From Eledone cirrhosa (lineage: Eukaryota): a DNA stretch of 64,000 bases. Each line of letters starts with the position of its first letter. Within the stretch, counting starts at the first letter, position 1. The notes below the pieces were generated by a model that was not told the DNA's origin, did no database searches, and saw only the letters and a program-made list of their open reading frames with translations. The translations under genes and the position numbers were made by a program. The DNA lies in assembly GCA_964016885.1 (NCBI GenBank), contig OZ024751.1:49972001-50036000 (forward strand), in the 5' to 3' direction. Of the stretch, positions 51,960 to 61,746 are shown in pieces.

Positions 51960-54900
51960 ATGACCTCACTCAGAATAGGCAGCATAAATGCGCGTGGCTT
52001 GGGGTCGTCATGGAAGCAGGGTCACCTGCTCAACGACTTCAGGTCACTAAACATAGATGTAGTGGCCATCAGCGAGACCAGAATCTCCGAAGCACGGGCC
52101 TTCGCACCGATCTTCGGCGGCTACGATGTGTACGCATCTCCCAGCCGTCCTGGATCGGGGGCAGGAGTTGCTGTGCTTTTTCGGAGAGGTTTGGATCTCG
52201 CCATACGGGCCATCTTCCTGGACCCAGAGGGTAAGCTGGTGGTGCTGGACGTGACCAGCGGAGACGGGCAAGCTTTCAGGCTAGTGGCCGTCTATGCCCC
52301 GACAGGAGCAGGGCGGCCTGATTTCTTCCGGCGTCTGGAGACCTTTCTTGGAACGTCGCGCTCTTTAGTGTTAGTGGGCGACTGGAACGGGATCTTAGAT
52401 GCACGCTAGGACTGTGTGGGATTAGCGGATAGGGGTGGAGGGTGCAAGAGCCTCACCAACCTGCTCAGGCGTTTTGAACTGTCTGACAGGTACCGATTGG
52501 ATTTCCCGAATGTGCCAATGTGGACTTGGACAAACCGCATAGGGTCATCCAGATCATATCTAGATAGAGTATTTTGTAGGGAAATAGATAGGTCTAGCAT
52601 AGGCTGTCCACAATTCAAGATAGTCAGCTACACGGACCACAAATTCGTGATCTGTGTGCTTGACTTAGATAGGCTTCATAGACGAGGACCCGGCTACTGG
52701 AAGCTAAACGCGTCCTTACCAGCGCGCAAGGCCTACAGAGACCGGATTAGCGAACTAGTTAAGCGGGCGTTGACGGGGGCCATCGTCAACAACAAGTGGT
52801 GGTTTGCTCTGAAAAGAGCGATTAGAATAGAATCGATTAGGTTTAGTAAGGCTTTAGCAATAGAGAAAAATAGAGCAGAGGGAGAACTAGTTAGAAAATT
52901 AGACGAGGCGCTTAGCAAAGGCATTGCGACCGACGTGCTTGCGGCGAAATTGGCCCTTGACCAATTCTTCAATGCAAAGCACGAAGGCTGCGTTGTCAGA
53001 GCTAGGGTGCGTGCTCTCAGACACGAGGGGACGAAAGCCGTTCAATGGGCCCGAGTGGCGGAGGCGCGTCGTGGCAACAAAGCCACGATCCGGTCTTTGG
53101 TGGACCACGACGGGCGCATGCTACTCGATCCCGGGCAAATGTGTGAAGCTTTTCAGCGACACTTCGCTCAGCTGTTCGGGGGCAGCGGGGGGCCGGGTAG
53201 AGGGATGGACTTTAGTGTCTACCTCGACGGACTGCCGCGGCTCTCGGCCACTGAGGCGAAGTGTTGCGAAAAGCCGATAACAGCCGCTGAAGTAAGGGAG
53301 GCAATGACTGGCTGCACAAGGGGTAAATCGCCTGGTTTGGATGGTCTGCCCTATGAACTTTACGTACAGATGCCAGACTTGTTCGGAGGCCTCTTGGCGG
53401 ACGTCTACTGCAACTGGCAACAGAACGGGAGAATTCCCAGTTCTGTGAGCCGAGGAGCGGTGGCACTGCTGAGAAAGGATCCGAACAAGGGGGATAACAT
53501 AGACAATTTCCGGCCCATAACTCTGCTAAACACAGAGTTTAAGATTTTGGCCAAGGTGCTAGCAAAGAGGTTGGCGCTTGTCGTTGGTGGTCTGGTGGGA
53601 GAGGCGCAGACATGCGCCATTCCCGACAGATCCATCCACGACAACCTCCACCTCATGCGATACATCGTAGAGAGGGTAGCTAGGGAACCTGGCACGGGTG
53701 GGTCCTTGATCAATTTAGATCAGTCGAAAGCTTTCGATAGGGTCGACCATCGTTACCTAGCGGCAGTCCTGAGGGCGGCTGGCTTTGGGCCCGTCTTCAG
53801 AGGCTGGATCGCTGCCATGCACAGCGACATCTGCTCTGTGGTGAGAGTGAACGGTCACCTGTCGGAACCGTTCAACATCATGCGCTCGGTCCGCCAAGGA
53901 TGTCCCCTCTCGTCCCTCTTGTACGTATTGACTCTCGAGCCATTACTGCACAAACTGGAGACGTTGAGGGGAGTCCCGCGCGAACTAGGATGCGGAAGAT
54001 CCGTGTCAGCATATGCGGACGATGTCACCGTAGTGGTGTCGAACGCCAAACACATCGAGGCGATCGGCACTACACTAAGAGAATACGAAGCGGTGACAGG
54101 AGCAATGATCAACCAGGAAAAGTCAGTGGGCCTGCAGCTCGGCACCTGGAGAGGCAGGTCCATGCCGTCCAACAGCGTCGTCGGGCGCTGGACGGACGGA
54201 CCGGTTAAATTGCTAGGGGTCTGGTTCGGTCCGGACCTCCAGACGGACAAAAACTGGGACGAGGTGACGAGCAGGGTGGCTTCTCTCACCCAGAAATGGG
54301 CGGAGAGGAAGCTATCCCTGAAAGGTCGAGCGGAGGTGGCTAACGCGTACATCGCGTCTGTCATCTGCTACCGCCTAACCGTCGTACCTTGTCCTAAGCC
54401 TCGCCTGACTGCGCTGGAGCGTTTGCTCTTTCGCTTTTTGTGGAAGGGACGTGCTCCGATGGTCAGGCGGTCCATCTGTTGTCAACACCCGCTACGTGGA
54501 GGGCTGGGCATGCCGTGGCTGATGATGCGCAGGCACGCGCTCAGGCTACGACATCTCCACCTCTTCCTCGACGGTGATCAGGTGTGGTCGCCGTTTGCTA
54601 GACGCGTTTTTCCCCAGCTCGTTTCCTTGACGGAGCTGCAGTCCTGGGTCAAGCGAAGACCGAGAGGGAGCGCCTGGAGACTGGAATGTCTTCAGGCGCT
54701 CACAGCCCTCGACCAATCGGGCAATGTGATCGGTGGAAACTCCACCTCGGCGTTCTATAGAGGATTAGTGGAGGGGAAGAGCGACGACGTACTTGGGGAA
54801 ACTCTAGGCGTCGACGAAAATCAACTAGCCAATCTCTTCGGAAGAACCTTCGGGCCAGGGCCTATGGACAACTTCCAGAAATCTCTGGCCTGGCAGTGCT

Positions 54901-55379
54901 ACCGAGGAGCCTTGCCAGTTCGGGATAAACTCTACAGGCATGGAGGTGCCGTCAGCCGGGCATGTCCGAGATGCGCGCAGGGCGACGAAACCGTCCTGCA
55001 CGCACTCGTCCAGTGTCCGAAAATTGCTGACTTGTGGGTTTATGTCGAACACCTGCTGTCGCGTTTAGGACGGATCCAGCTATCATCTGAGTCTATCGTG
55101 AGGATTGCCCCGCCCTCCTCCTTTAGCCGGGAAGGGCAGGCAGTTTTTATCTGTCTGGTGGCCATGGCGAAAGAGATAGTATGGTGGACACGTTTGAAAG
55201 GGCTGAAGACGAGCACTTACCTCTTCGGTGATGCTCTGATTGACTTTTTCAAATTTCATTTGAAAAGGAAAATCAGAGTAGAGAAGGAAGTGCTCTCTTC
55301 CCAGCATTTTGTTGAAAGATGGGTGAGAGAAGCAAGAATGGCCCGAGTGAATGGGCCGACTCTGAGTATATATCTGTAA
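51960..55379 (+). pseudogene. ORF2 interrupted by W150-stop
   Basis: TAG at 52407-52409, the same lesion as copy 3. Confidence 0.9.
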
Positions 55380-55889
55380 ACTAAAGGTGGAAAACTGGGA
55401 GAGGGCACTTGCCTTGGTGGTCAGGGTCATTGTGGCTTTTTACTGGGCTTTCTCCACAAATGTTCCTCCGAAGTCTCCCCCCTATTGGGGAATTTTTCAT
55501 TGTTATTTTCATTGTTATTTTTGTTACATCCTCTATTTTTGTTTTTTTTACACGCAGAAATGCCCATTTGTACCGTCCTGCATTGTCCTGCACTGTCCTT
55601 AATGTCTACTTTATGTAAACCCTTGTGGTTAATAAAGAAATCATTATTATCATTATCATTATTATTATTATTATTGAATGCCATGGTTGACGGAGGCTCG
55701 GCTCTGTAAGGTATAGTAATTTTTAACCGTTAAAACAATTGTAAATTGTTTAAAACTTGAACCAAATTGTTGATAAAGACACCCTCCTCCTCGTGAGAGG
55801 GGTCTTTCTGTCCGTTATTTGGCCCTTCGGGGTTAAATAACCAGTTATTGGGGTTTTGTACCCAATATTCATTTTAAACAAAAAACAAC

Positions 55890-57986
55890 ATGGCTACGAA
55901 AAAGAAATTTCATACGTCACTCCCACTCATTCCGTCTTCTTCTTCCTCAATCATCACTACAGCAGAGAGAAGATTGTCTCTCTCCCTCCCTTCTTTAAAT
56001 GTGTCTCTCTCCCTCCCTTCTCTTTCGCAAGCGACGAAAGAAAAGAAAAGTCTCGTGCAAAGCGTGCAAGGTTTCTCCACGACGACGACGACAGCGACGA
56101 AACAGGTGTGCGGGAAATACGAAAACCCAGTTCATTCGTCTGACGTCAGGAATAATAGCAGTAGCAGCCGTAATAACAACAGCAACAGTGACAATGAAAA
56201 CAACAGTAGCAGCCGCAACAGCATCACCAGCAGCATAAACAACAACAGCATTAGCAGCAGCAACACCAACAACAACCACAGCAACAGCGGCGGAGGCAGT
56301 AGTCGTAGTACCTGCAGCAACAACAAAAGTACCAGCAGCTCTGACGACAACAACAACAGCAGAGAAAAACCAATCTCATTTGCAGGTATTGCGAAAAACT
56401 TGGAAACAATCCTCATAACAAATGAGGAATTAGAGGAAGCGAAGAAGATGGTGACAAAGAACGGACACCGAGCAATCTGCAAGGCAGCGAAAAATTTTTT
56501 CGAAACCCAAGAGCACTGTACGGTCACGTACCGTACAGTAAGTACAAAATCCCGTAGGGTGGAAAGAGCCACAGAGGCCCAAATACAAAAAGCCTTGGGG
56601 TCTGTGTGGCAGAGGAAAACGCACATCACCCGAGGCAAAAAATACGCCACCGTAGACGTACTTTTTGCCACACCCCAGGAGGCAAAGGCCCAATCAGTAG
56701 TGACCCTAAGGAGCGAGGAAATGGTGTTGGTGCCCTCCTACTGCGGGCAAAAAATTGTGAGGGTCAAACTGACCCACGTCCCCCCCGAAATGACCCCTTC
56801 TTGGCTGGCCGCGTCTGTCCTCGTCGGAATCGAGGACAAAACAACTGTACTGCAAGTACAGAAAAAAGTAAGAGAAGATTGGGTCGGCTCCTCCATTGAG
56901 ATGCTAATCCAAACCAACCAGGAGTGCATCGAAGCTATCCCGGATGTGATAGACTTCGATAACGGCACTCAACTGCCCATAAGTGTTGAGGGCAAACGCC
57001 CGAAATGCTTTCGCTGTGGATCGAAGACTCACCTCAGGGCCTTCTGCAACGAGAAGACCCTGAGAAAGGAGAAAACCCCCCTCCTCCCGAATCCGGTTCC
57101 ACGGCTACCAGCAACAGGACAAGCGGCAACCAGGAACGATAGGTCCGTGGCACCCATACCCACTCCACGGAAATCAAAGACAGCAGCAGCAGTGGAAATA
57201 TTAACAACAACAACAGCAATACCAAATGCAGCTGCAACAGAGACTCCAGTGCAAACATCACCAACAACAACAAGTGAAAGAGTGGAGCTGGTACCCCTCC
57301 CCGACCTTACAGAATCAGACATGGAGTGTGAGGTGGGAGAGGGATGGCAAAAGGTCTCAAGAAGGCACAAACGCAGAAGCAGCGCATCGTCGCCTTTGAA
57401 AAGGGAGGAAAGAAATGAGAAAAGGGTAAAGTCTACTGCAAAGAGACCCACAGCAGCAACACCACCAACACCATCACCACCCACACCAGCACCACCATCA
57501 CCACCGGCGACAACCCCACCGCCAACAACACCTTCAACACCACCACCACAAGCACCAACATCGCAAACACAACAACAAAACACACACACCCAGCAACAAC
57601 GACAAGAAAATAGCAGAACCACACCCCACCCCCAGAAAAACAAATGCACGGCAATAAACACACACAACAAGAAACTAATGACTTACATAATTGAACACAC
57701 AGACATTTCACAACAGGACTACATAATACCAGCACCAATCAAAACGCCAACTAACATAAGACTGCTAAAAATAGCACAGAAACAATACACAAACATTAAA
57801 ACGAAATTCCCCAACGCAGTTGGTGATTTCAGGGACCTAGGAGGAACCATTAATCGAAGAGTATATTCAGACATTCTCTTAGAAGAGCCGACGACCAGCC
57901 GAAGGGACGATTCAACGGTCCCTTCACCAGACGATCAAGTGAAAAGGGATGTAAAAACCATCCCTCCTCTACCAAAAATACGGTAA
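55890..57986 (+). CDS. ORF1p (698 aa)
   Basis: As copy 1. Confidence 0.9.
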   Translation: MATKKKFHTSLPLIPSSSSSIITTAERRLSLSLPSLNVSLSLPSLSQATKEKKSLVQSVQGFSTTTTTATKQVCGKYENPVHSSDVRNNSSSSRNNNSNSDNENNSSSRNSITSSINNNSISSSNTNNNHSNSGGGSSRSTCSNNKSTSSSDDNNNSREKPISFAGIAKNLETILITNEELEEAKKMVTKNGHRAICKAAKNFFETQEHCTVTYRTVSTKSRRVERATEAQIQKALGSVWQRKTHITRGKKYATVDVLFATPQEAKAQSVVTLRSEEMVLVPSYCGQKIVRVKLTHVPPEMTPSWLAASVLVGIEDKTTVLQVQKKVREDWVGSSIEMLIQTNQECIEAIPDVIDFDNGTQLPISVEGKRPKCFRCGSKTHLRAFCNEKTLRKEKTPLLPNPVPRLPATGQAATRNDRSVAPIPTPRKSKTAAAVEILTTTTAIPNAAATETPVQTSPTTTSERVELVPLPDLTESDMECEVGEGWQKVSRRHKRRSSASSPLKREERNEKRVKSTAKRPTAATPPTPSPPTPAPPSPPATTPPPTTPSTPPPQAPTSQTQQQNTHTQQQRQENSRTTPHPQKNKCTAINTHNKKLMTYIIEHTDISQQDYIIPAPIKTPTNIRLLKIAQKQYTNIKTKFPNAVGDFRDLGGTINRRVYSDILLEEPTTSRRDDSTVPSPDDQVKRDVKTIPPLPKIR

Positions 57987-58021
57987 GTGGTCTTTCCCAT
58001 CTTTTCCACTCTATTTTAAAC

Positions 58022-61000
58022 ATGACCTCACTCAGAATAGGCAGCATAAATGCGCGTGGCTTGGGGTCGTCATGGAAGCAGGGTCACCTGCTCAACGACC
58101 TCAGGTCACTAAACATAGATGTAGTGGCCATCAGCGAGACCAGAATCTCCGAAGCACGGGCCTTCGCACCGATCTTCGGCGGCTACGATGTGTACGCATC
58201 TCCCAGCCGTCCTGGATCGGGTGGAGGAGTTGCTGTGCTTTTTCGGAGAGGTTTGGATCTCGCCATACGGGCCATCTTCCTGGACCCAGAGGGTAAGCTG
58301 GTGGTGCTGGACGTGACCAGCGGAGACGGGCAAGCTTTCAGGCTAGTGGCCGTCTATGCCCCGACAGGAGCAGGGCGGCCTGATTTCTTCCGGCGTCTGG
58401 AGACCTTTCTTGGAACGTCGCGCTCTTTAGTGTTAGTGGGCGACTGGAACGGGATCTTAGATGCACGCTGGGACTGTGTGGGATTAGCGGATAGGGGTGG
58501 AGGGTGCAAGAGCCTCACCAACCTGCTCAGGCGTTTTGAACTGTCTGACAGGTACCGATTGGATTTCCCGAATGTGCCAATGTGGACTTGGACAAACCGC
58601 ATAGGGTCATCCAGATCATATCTAGATAGAGTATTTTGTAGGGAAATAGATAGGTCTAGCATAGGCTGTCCACAATTCAAGATAGTCAGCTACACGGACC
58701 ACAAATTCGTGATCTGTGTGCTTGACTTAGATAGGCTTCATAGACGAGGACCCGGCTACTGGAAGCTAAACGCGTCCTTACCAGCGCGCAAGGCCTACAG
58801 AGACCGGATTAGCGAACTAGTTAAGCGGGCGTTGACGGGGGCCATCGTCAACAACAAGTGGTGGTTTGCTCTGAAAAGAGCGATTAGAATAGAATCGATT
58901 AGGTTTAGTAAGGCTTTAGCAATAGAGAAAAATAGAGCAGAGGGAGAACTAGTTAGAAAATTAGACGAGGCGCTTAGCAAAGGCATTGCGACCGACGTGC
59001 TTGCGGCGAAATTGGCCCTTGACCAATTCTTCAATGCAAAGCACGAAGGCTGCGTTGTCAGAGCTAGGGTGCGTGCTCTCAGACACGAGGGGACGAAAGC
59101 CGTTCAATGGGCCCGAGTGGCGGAGGCGCGTCGTGGCAACAAAGCCACGATCCGGTCTTTGGTGGACCACGACGGGCGCATGCTACTCGATCCCGGGCAA
59201 ATGTGTGAAGCTTTTCAGCGACACTTCGCTCAGCTGTTCGGGGGCAGCGGGGGGCCGGGTAGAGGGATGGACTTTAGTGTCTACCTCGACGGGCTGCCGC
59301 GGCTCTCGGCCACTGAGGCGAGGTGTTGCGAAAAGCCGATAACAGCCGCTGAAGTACGGGAGGCAATGACTGGCTGCACAAGGGGTAAATCGCCTGGTTT
59401 GGATGGTCTGCCCTATGAACTTTACGTACAGATGCCAGACTTGTTCGGAGGCCTCTTGGCGGACGTCTACTGCAACTGGCAACAGAACGGGAGAATTCCC
59501 AGTTCTGTGAGCCGAGGAGCGGTGGCACTGCTGAGAAAGGATCCGAACAAGGGGGATAACATAGACAATTTCCGGCCCATAACTCTGCTAAACACAGAGT
59601 TTAAGATTTTGGCCAAGGTGCTAGCAAAGAGGTTGGCGCTTGTCGTTGGTGGTCTGGTGGGAGAGGCGCAGACATGCGCCATTCCCGACAGATCCATCCA
59701 CGACAACCTCCACCTCATGCGATACATCGTAGAGAGGGTAGCTAGGGAACCTGGCACGGGTGGGTCCTTGATCAATTTAGATCAGTCGAAAGCTTTCGAT
59801 AGGGTCGACCATCGTTACCTAGCGGCAGTCCTGAGGGCGGCTGGCTTTGGGCCCGTCTTCAGAGGCTGGATCGCTGCCATGCACAGCGACATCTGCTCTG
59901 TGGTGAGAGTGAACGGTCACCTGTCGGAACCGTTCAACATCATGCGCTCGGTCCGCCAAGGATGTCCCCTCTCGTCCCTCTTGTACGTATTGACTCTCGA
60001 GCCATTACTGCACAAACTGGAGACGTTGAGGGGAGTCCCGCGCGAACTAGGATGCGGAAGATCCGTGTCAGCATATGCGGACGATGTCACCGTAGTGGTG
60101 TCGAACGCCAAACACATCGAGGCGATCGGCACTACACTAAGAGAATACGAAGCGGTGACAGGAGCAATGATCAACCAGGAAAAGTCAGTGGGCCTGCAGC
60201 TCGGCACCTGGAGAGGCAGGTCCATGCCGTCCAACAGCGTCGTCGGGCGCTGGACGGACGGACCGGTTAAATTGCTAGGGGTCTGGTTCGGTCCGGACCT
60301 CCAGACGGACAAAAACTGGGACGAGGTGACGAGCAGGGTGGCTTCTCTCACCCAGAAATGGGCGGAGAGGAAGCTATCCCTGAAAGGTCGAGCGGAGGTG
60401 GCTAACGCGTACATCGCGTCTGTCATCTGCTACCGCCTAACCGTCGTACCTTGTCCTAAGCCTCGCCTGACTGCGCTGGAGCGTTTGCTCTTTCGCTTTT
60501 TGTGGAAGGGACGTGCTCCGATGGTCAGGCGGTCCATCTGTTGTCAACACCCGCTACGTGGAGGGCTGGGCATGCCGTGGCTGATGATGCGCAGGCACGC
60601 GCTCAGGCTACGACATCTCCACCTCTTCCTCGACGGTGATCAGGTGTGGTCGCCGTTTGCTAGACGCGTTTTTCCCCAGCTCGTTTCCTTGACGGAGCTG
60701 CAGTCCTGGGTCAAGCGAAGACCGAGAGGGAGCGCCTGGAGACTGGAATGTCTTCAGGCGCTCACAGCCCTCGACCAATCGGGCAATGTGATCGGTGGAA
60801 ACTCCACCTCGGCGTTCTATAGAGGATTAGTGGAGGGGAAGAGCGACGACGTACTTGGGGAAACTCTAGGCGTCGACGAAAATCAACTAGCCAATCTCTT
60901 CGGAAGAACTTTCGGGCCGGGGCCTATGGACAACTTCCAGAAATCTCTGGCCTGGCAGTGCTACCGAGGAGCCTTGCCAGTTCGGGATAAACTCTACAGG

Positions 61001-61441
61001 CATGGAGGTGCCGTCAGCCGGGCATGTCCGAGATGCGCGCAGGGCGACGAAACCGTCCTGCACGCACTCGTCCAGTGTCCGAAAATTGCTGACTTGTGGG
61101 TTTATGTCGAACACCTGCTGTCGCGTTTAGGACGGATCCAGCTATCATCTGAGTCCATCGTGAGGATTGCCCCGCCCTCCTCCTTTAGCCGGGAAGGGCA
61201 GGCAGTTTTTATCTGTCTGGTGGCCATGGCGAAAGAGATAGTATGGTGGACACGTTTGAAAGGGCTGAAGACGAGCACTTACCTCTTCGGTGATGCTCTG
61301 ATTGACTTTTTCAAATTTCATTTGAAAAGGAAAATCAGAGTAGAGAGGGAAGTGCTCTCTTCCCAGCATTTTGTTGAAAGATGGGTGAGAGAAGCAAGAA
61401 TGGCCCGAGTGAATGGGCCGACTCTGAGTATATATCTGTAA
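58022..61441 (+). CDS. ORF2p APE-RT (1139 aa)
   Basis: Motifs intact. Confidence 0.97.
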   Translation: MTSLRIGSINARGLGSSWKQGHLLNDLRSLNIDVVAISETRISEARAFAPIFGGYDVYASPSRPGSGGGVAVLFRRGLDLAIRAIFLDPEGKLVVLDVTSGDGQAFRLVAVYAPTGAGRPDFFRRLETFLGTSRSLVLVGDWNGILDARWDCVGLADRGGGCKSLTNLLRRFELSDRYRLDFPNVPMWTWTNRIGSSRSYLDRVFCREIDRSSIGCPQFKIVSYTDHKFVICVLDLDRLHRRGPGYWKLNASLPARKAYRDRISELVKRALTGAIVNNKWWFALKRAIRIESIRFSKALAIEKNRAEGELVRKLDEALSKGIATDVLAAKLALDQFFNAKHEGCVVRARVRALRHEGTKAVQWARVAEARRGNKATIRSLVDHDGRMLLDPGQMCEAFQRHFAQLFGGSGGPGRGMDFSVYLDGLPRLSATEARCCEKPITAAEVREAMTGCTRGKSPGLDGLPYELYVQMPDLFGGLLADVYCNWQQNGRIPSSVSRGAVALLRKDPNKGDNIDNFRPITLLNTEFKILAKVLAKRLALVVGGLVGEAQTCAIPDRSIHDNLHLMRYIVERVAREPGTGGSLINLDQSKAFDRVDHRYLAAVLRAAGFGPVFRGWIAAMHSDICSVVRVNGHLSEPFNIMRSVRQGCPLSSLLYVLTLEPLLHKLETLRGVPRELGCGRSVSAYADDVTVVVSNAKHIEAIGTTLREYEAVTGAMINQEKSVGLQLGTWRGRSMPSNSVVGRWTDGPVKLLGVWFGPDLQTDKNWDEVTSRVASLTQKWAERKLSLKGRAEVANAYIASVICYRLTVVPCPKPRLTALERLLFRFLWKGRAPMVRRSICCQHPLRGGLGMPWLMMRRHALRLRHLHLFLDGDQVWSPFARRVFPQLVSLTELQSWVKRRPRGSAWRLECLQALTALDQSGNVIGGNSTSAFYRGLVEGKSDDVLGETLGVDENQLANLFGRTFGPGPMDNFQKSLAWQCYRGALPVRDKLYRHGGAVSRACPRCAQGDETVLHALVQCPKIADLWVYVEHLLSRLGRIQLSSESIVRIAPPSSFSREGQAVFICLVAMAKEIVWWTRLKGLKTSTYLFGDALIDFFKFHLKRKIRVEREVLSSQHFVERWVREARMARVNGPTLSIYL

Positions 61442-61746
61442 ACTAAAGGTGGAAAACTGGGAGAGGGCACTTGCCTTGGTGGTCAGGGTCATTGTGGCTT
61501 TTTACTGGGCTTTCTCCACAAATGTTCCTCCGAAGTCTCCCCCCTATTGGGGAATTTTTCATTGTTATTTTCATTGTTATTTTTGTTACATCCTCTATTT
61601 TTGTTTTTTTTACACGCAGAAATGCCCATTTGTACCGTCCTGCATTGTCCTGCACTGTCCTTAATGTCTACTTTATGTAAACCCTTGTGGTTAATAAAGA
61701 AATCATTATTATCATTATTATCATTATCATTATTATTATTATTATT

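Larger units (their letters stand above)
49612..55640 (+). mobile_element. Tx1-like element, copy 9 (sister of copy 3; ORF2 nonsense mutation)
   Basis: Same variants as copy 3 plus a private L27F in ORF2. Confidence 0.93.
55676..61702 (+). mobile_element. Tx1-like element, copy 10 (intact)
   Basis: Same architecture. Confidence 0.93.

Noticed and set aside
13215-61702. Regular 6-unit higher-order repeat
   Set aside because: Only copies 3 and 9 match. Copies 2 and 8, and copies 4 and 10, carry different diagnostic variants.
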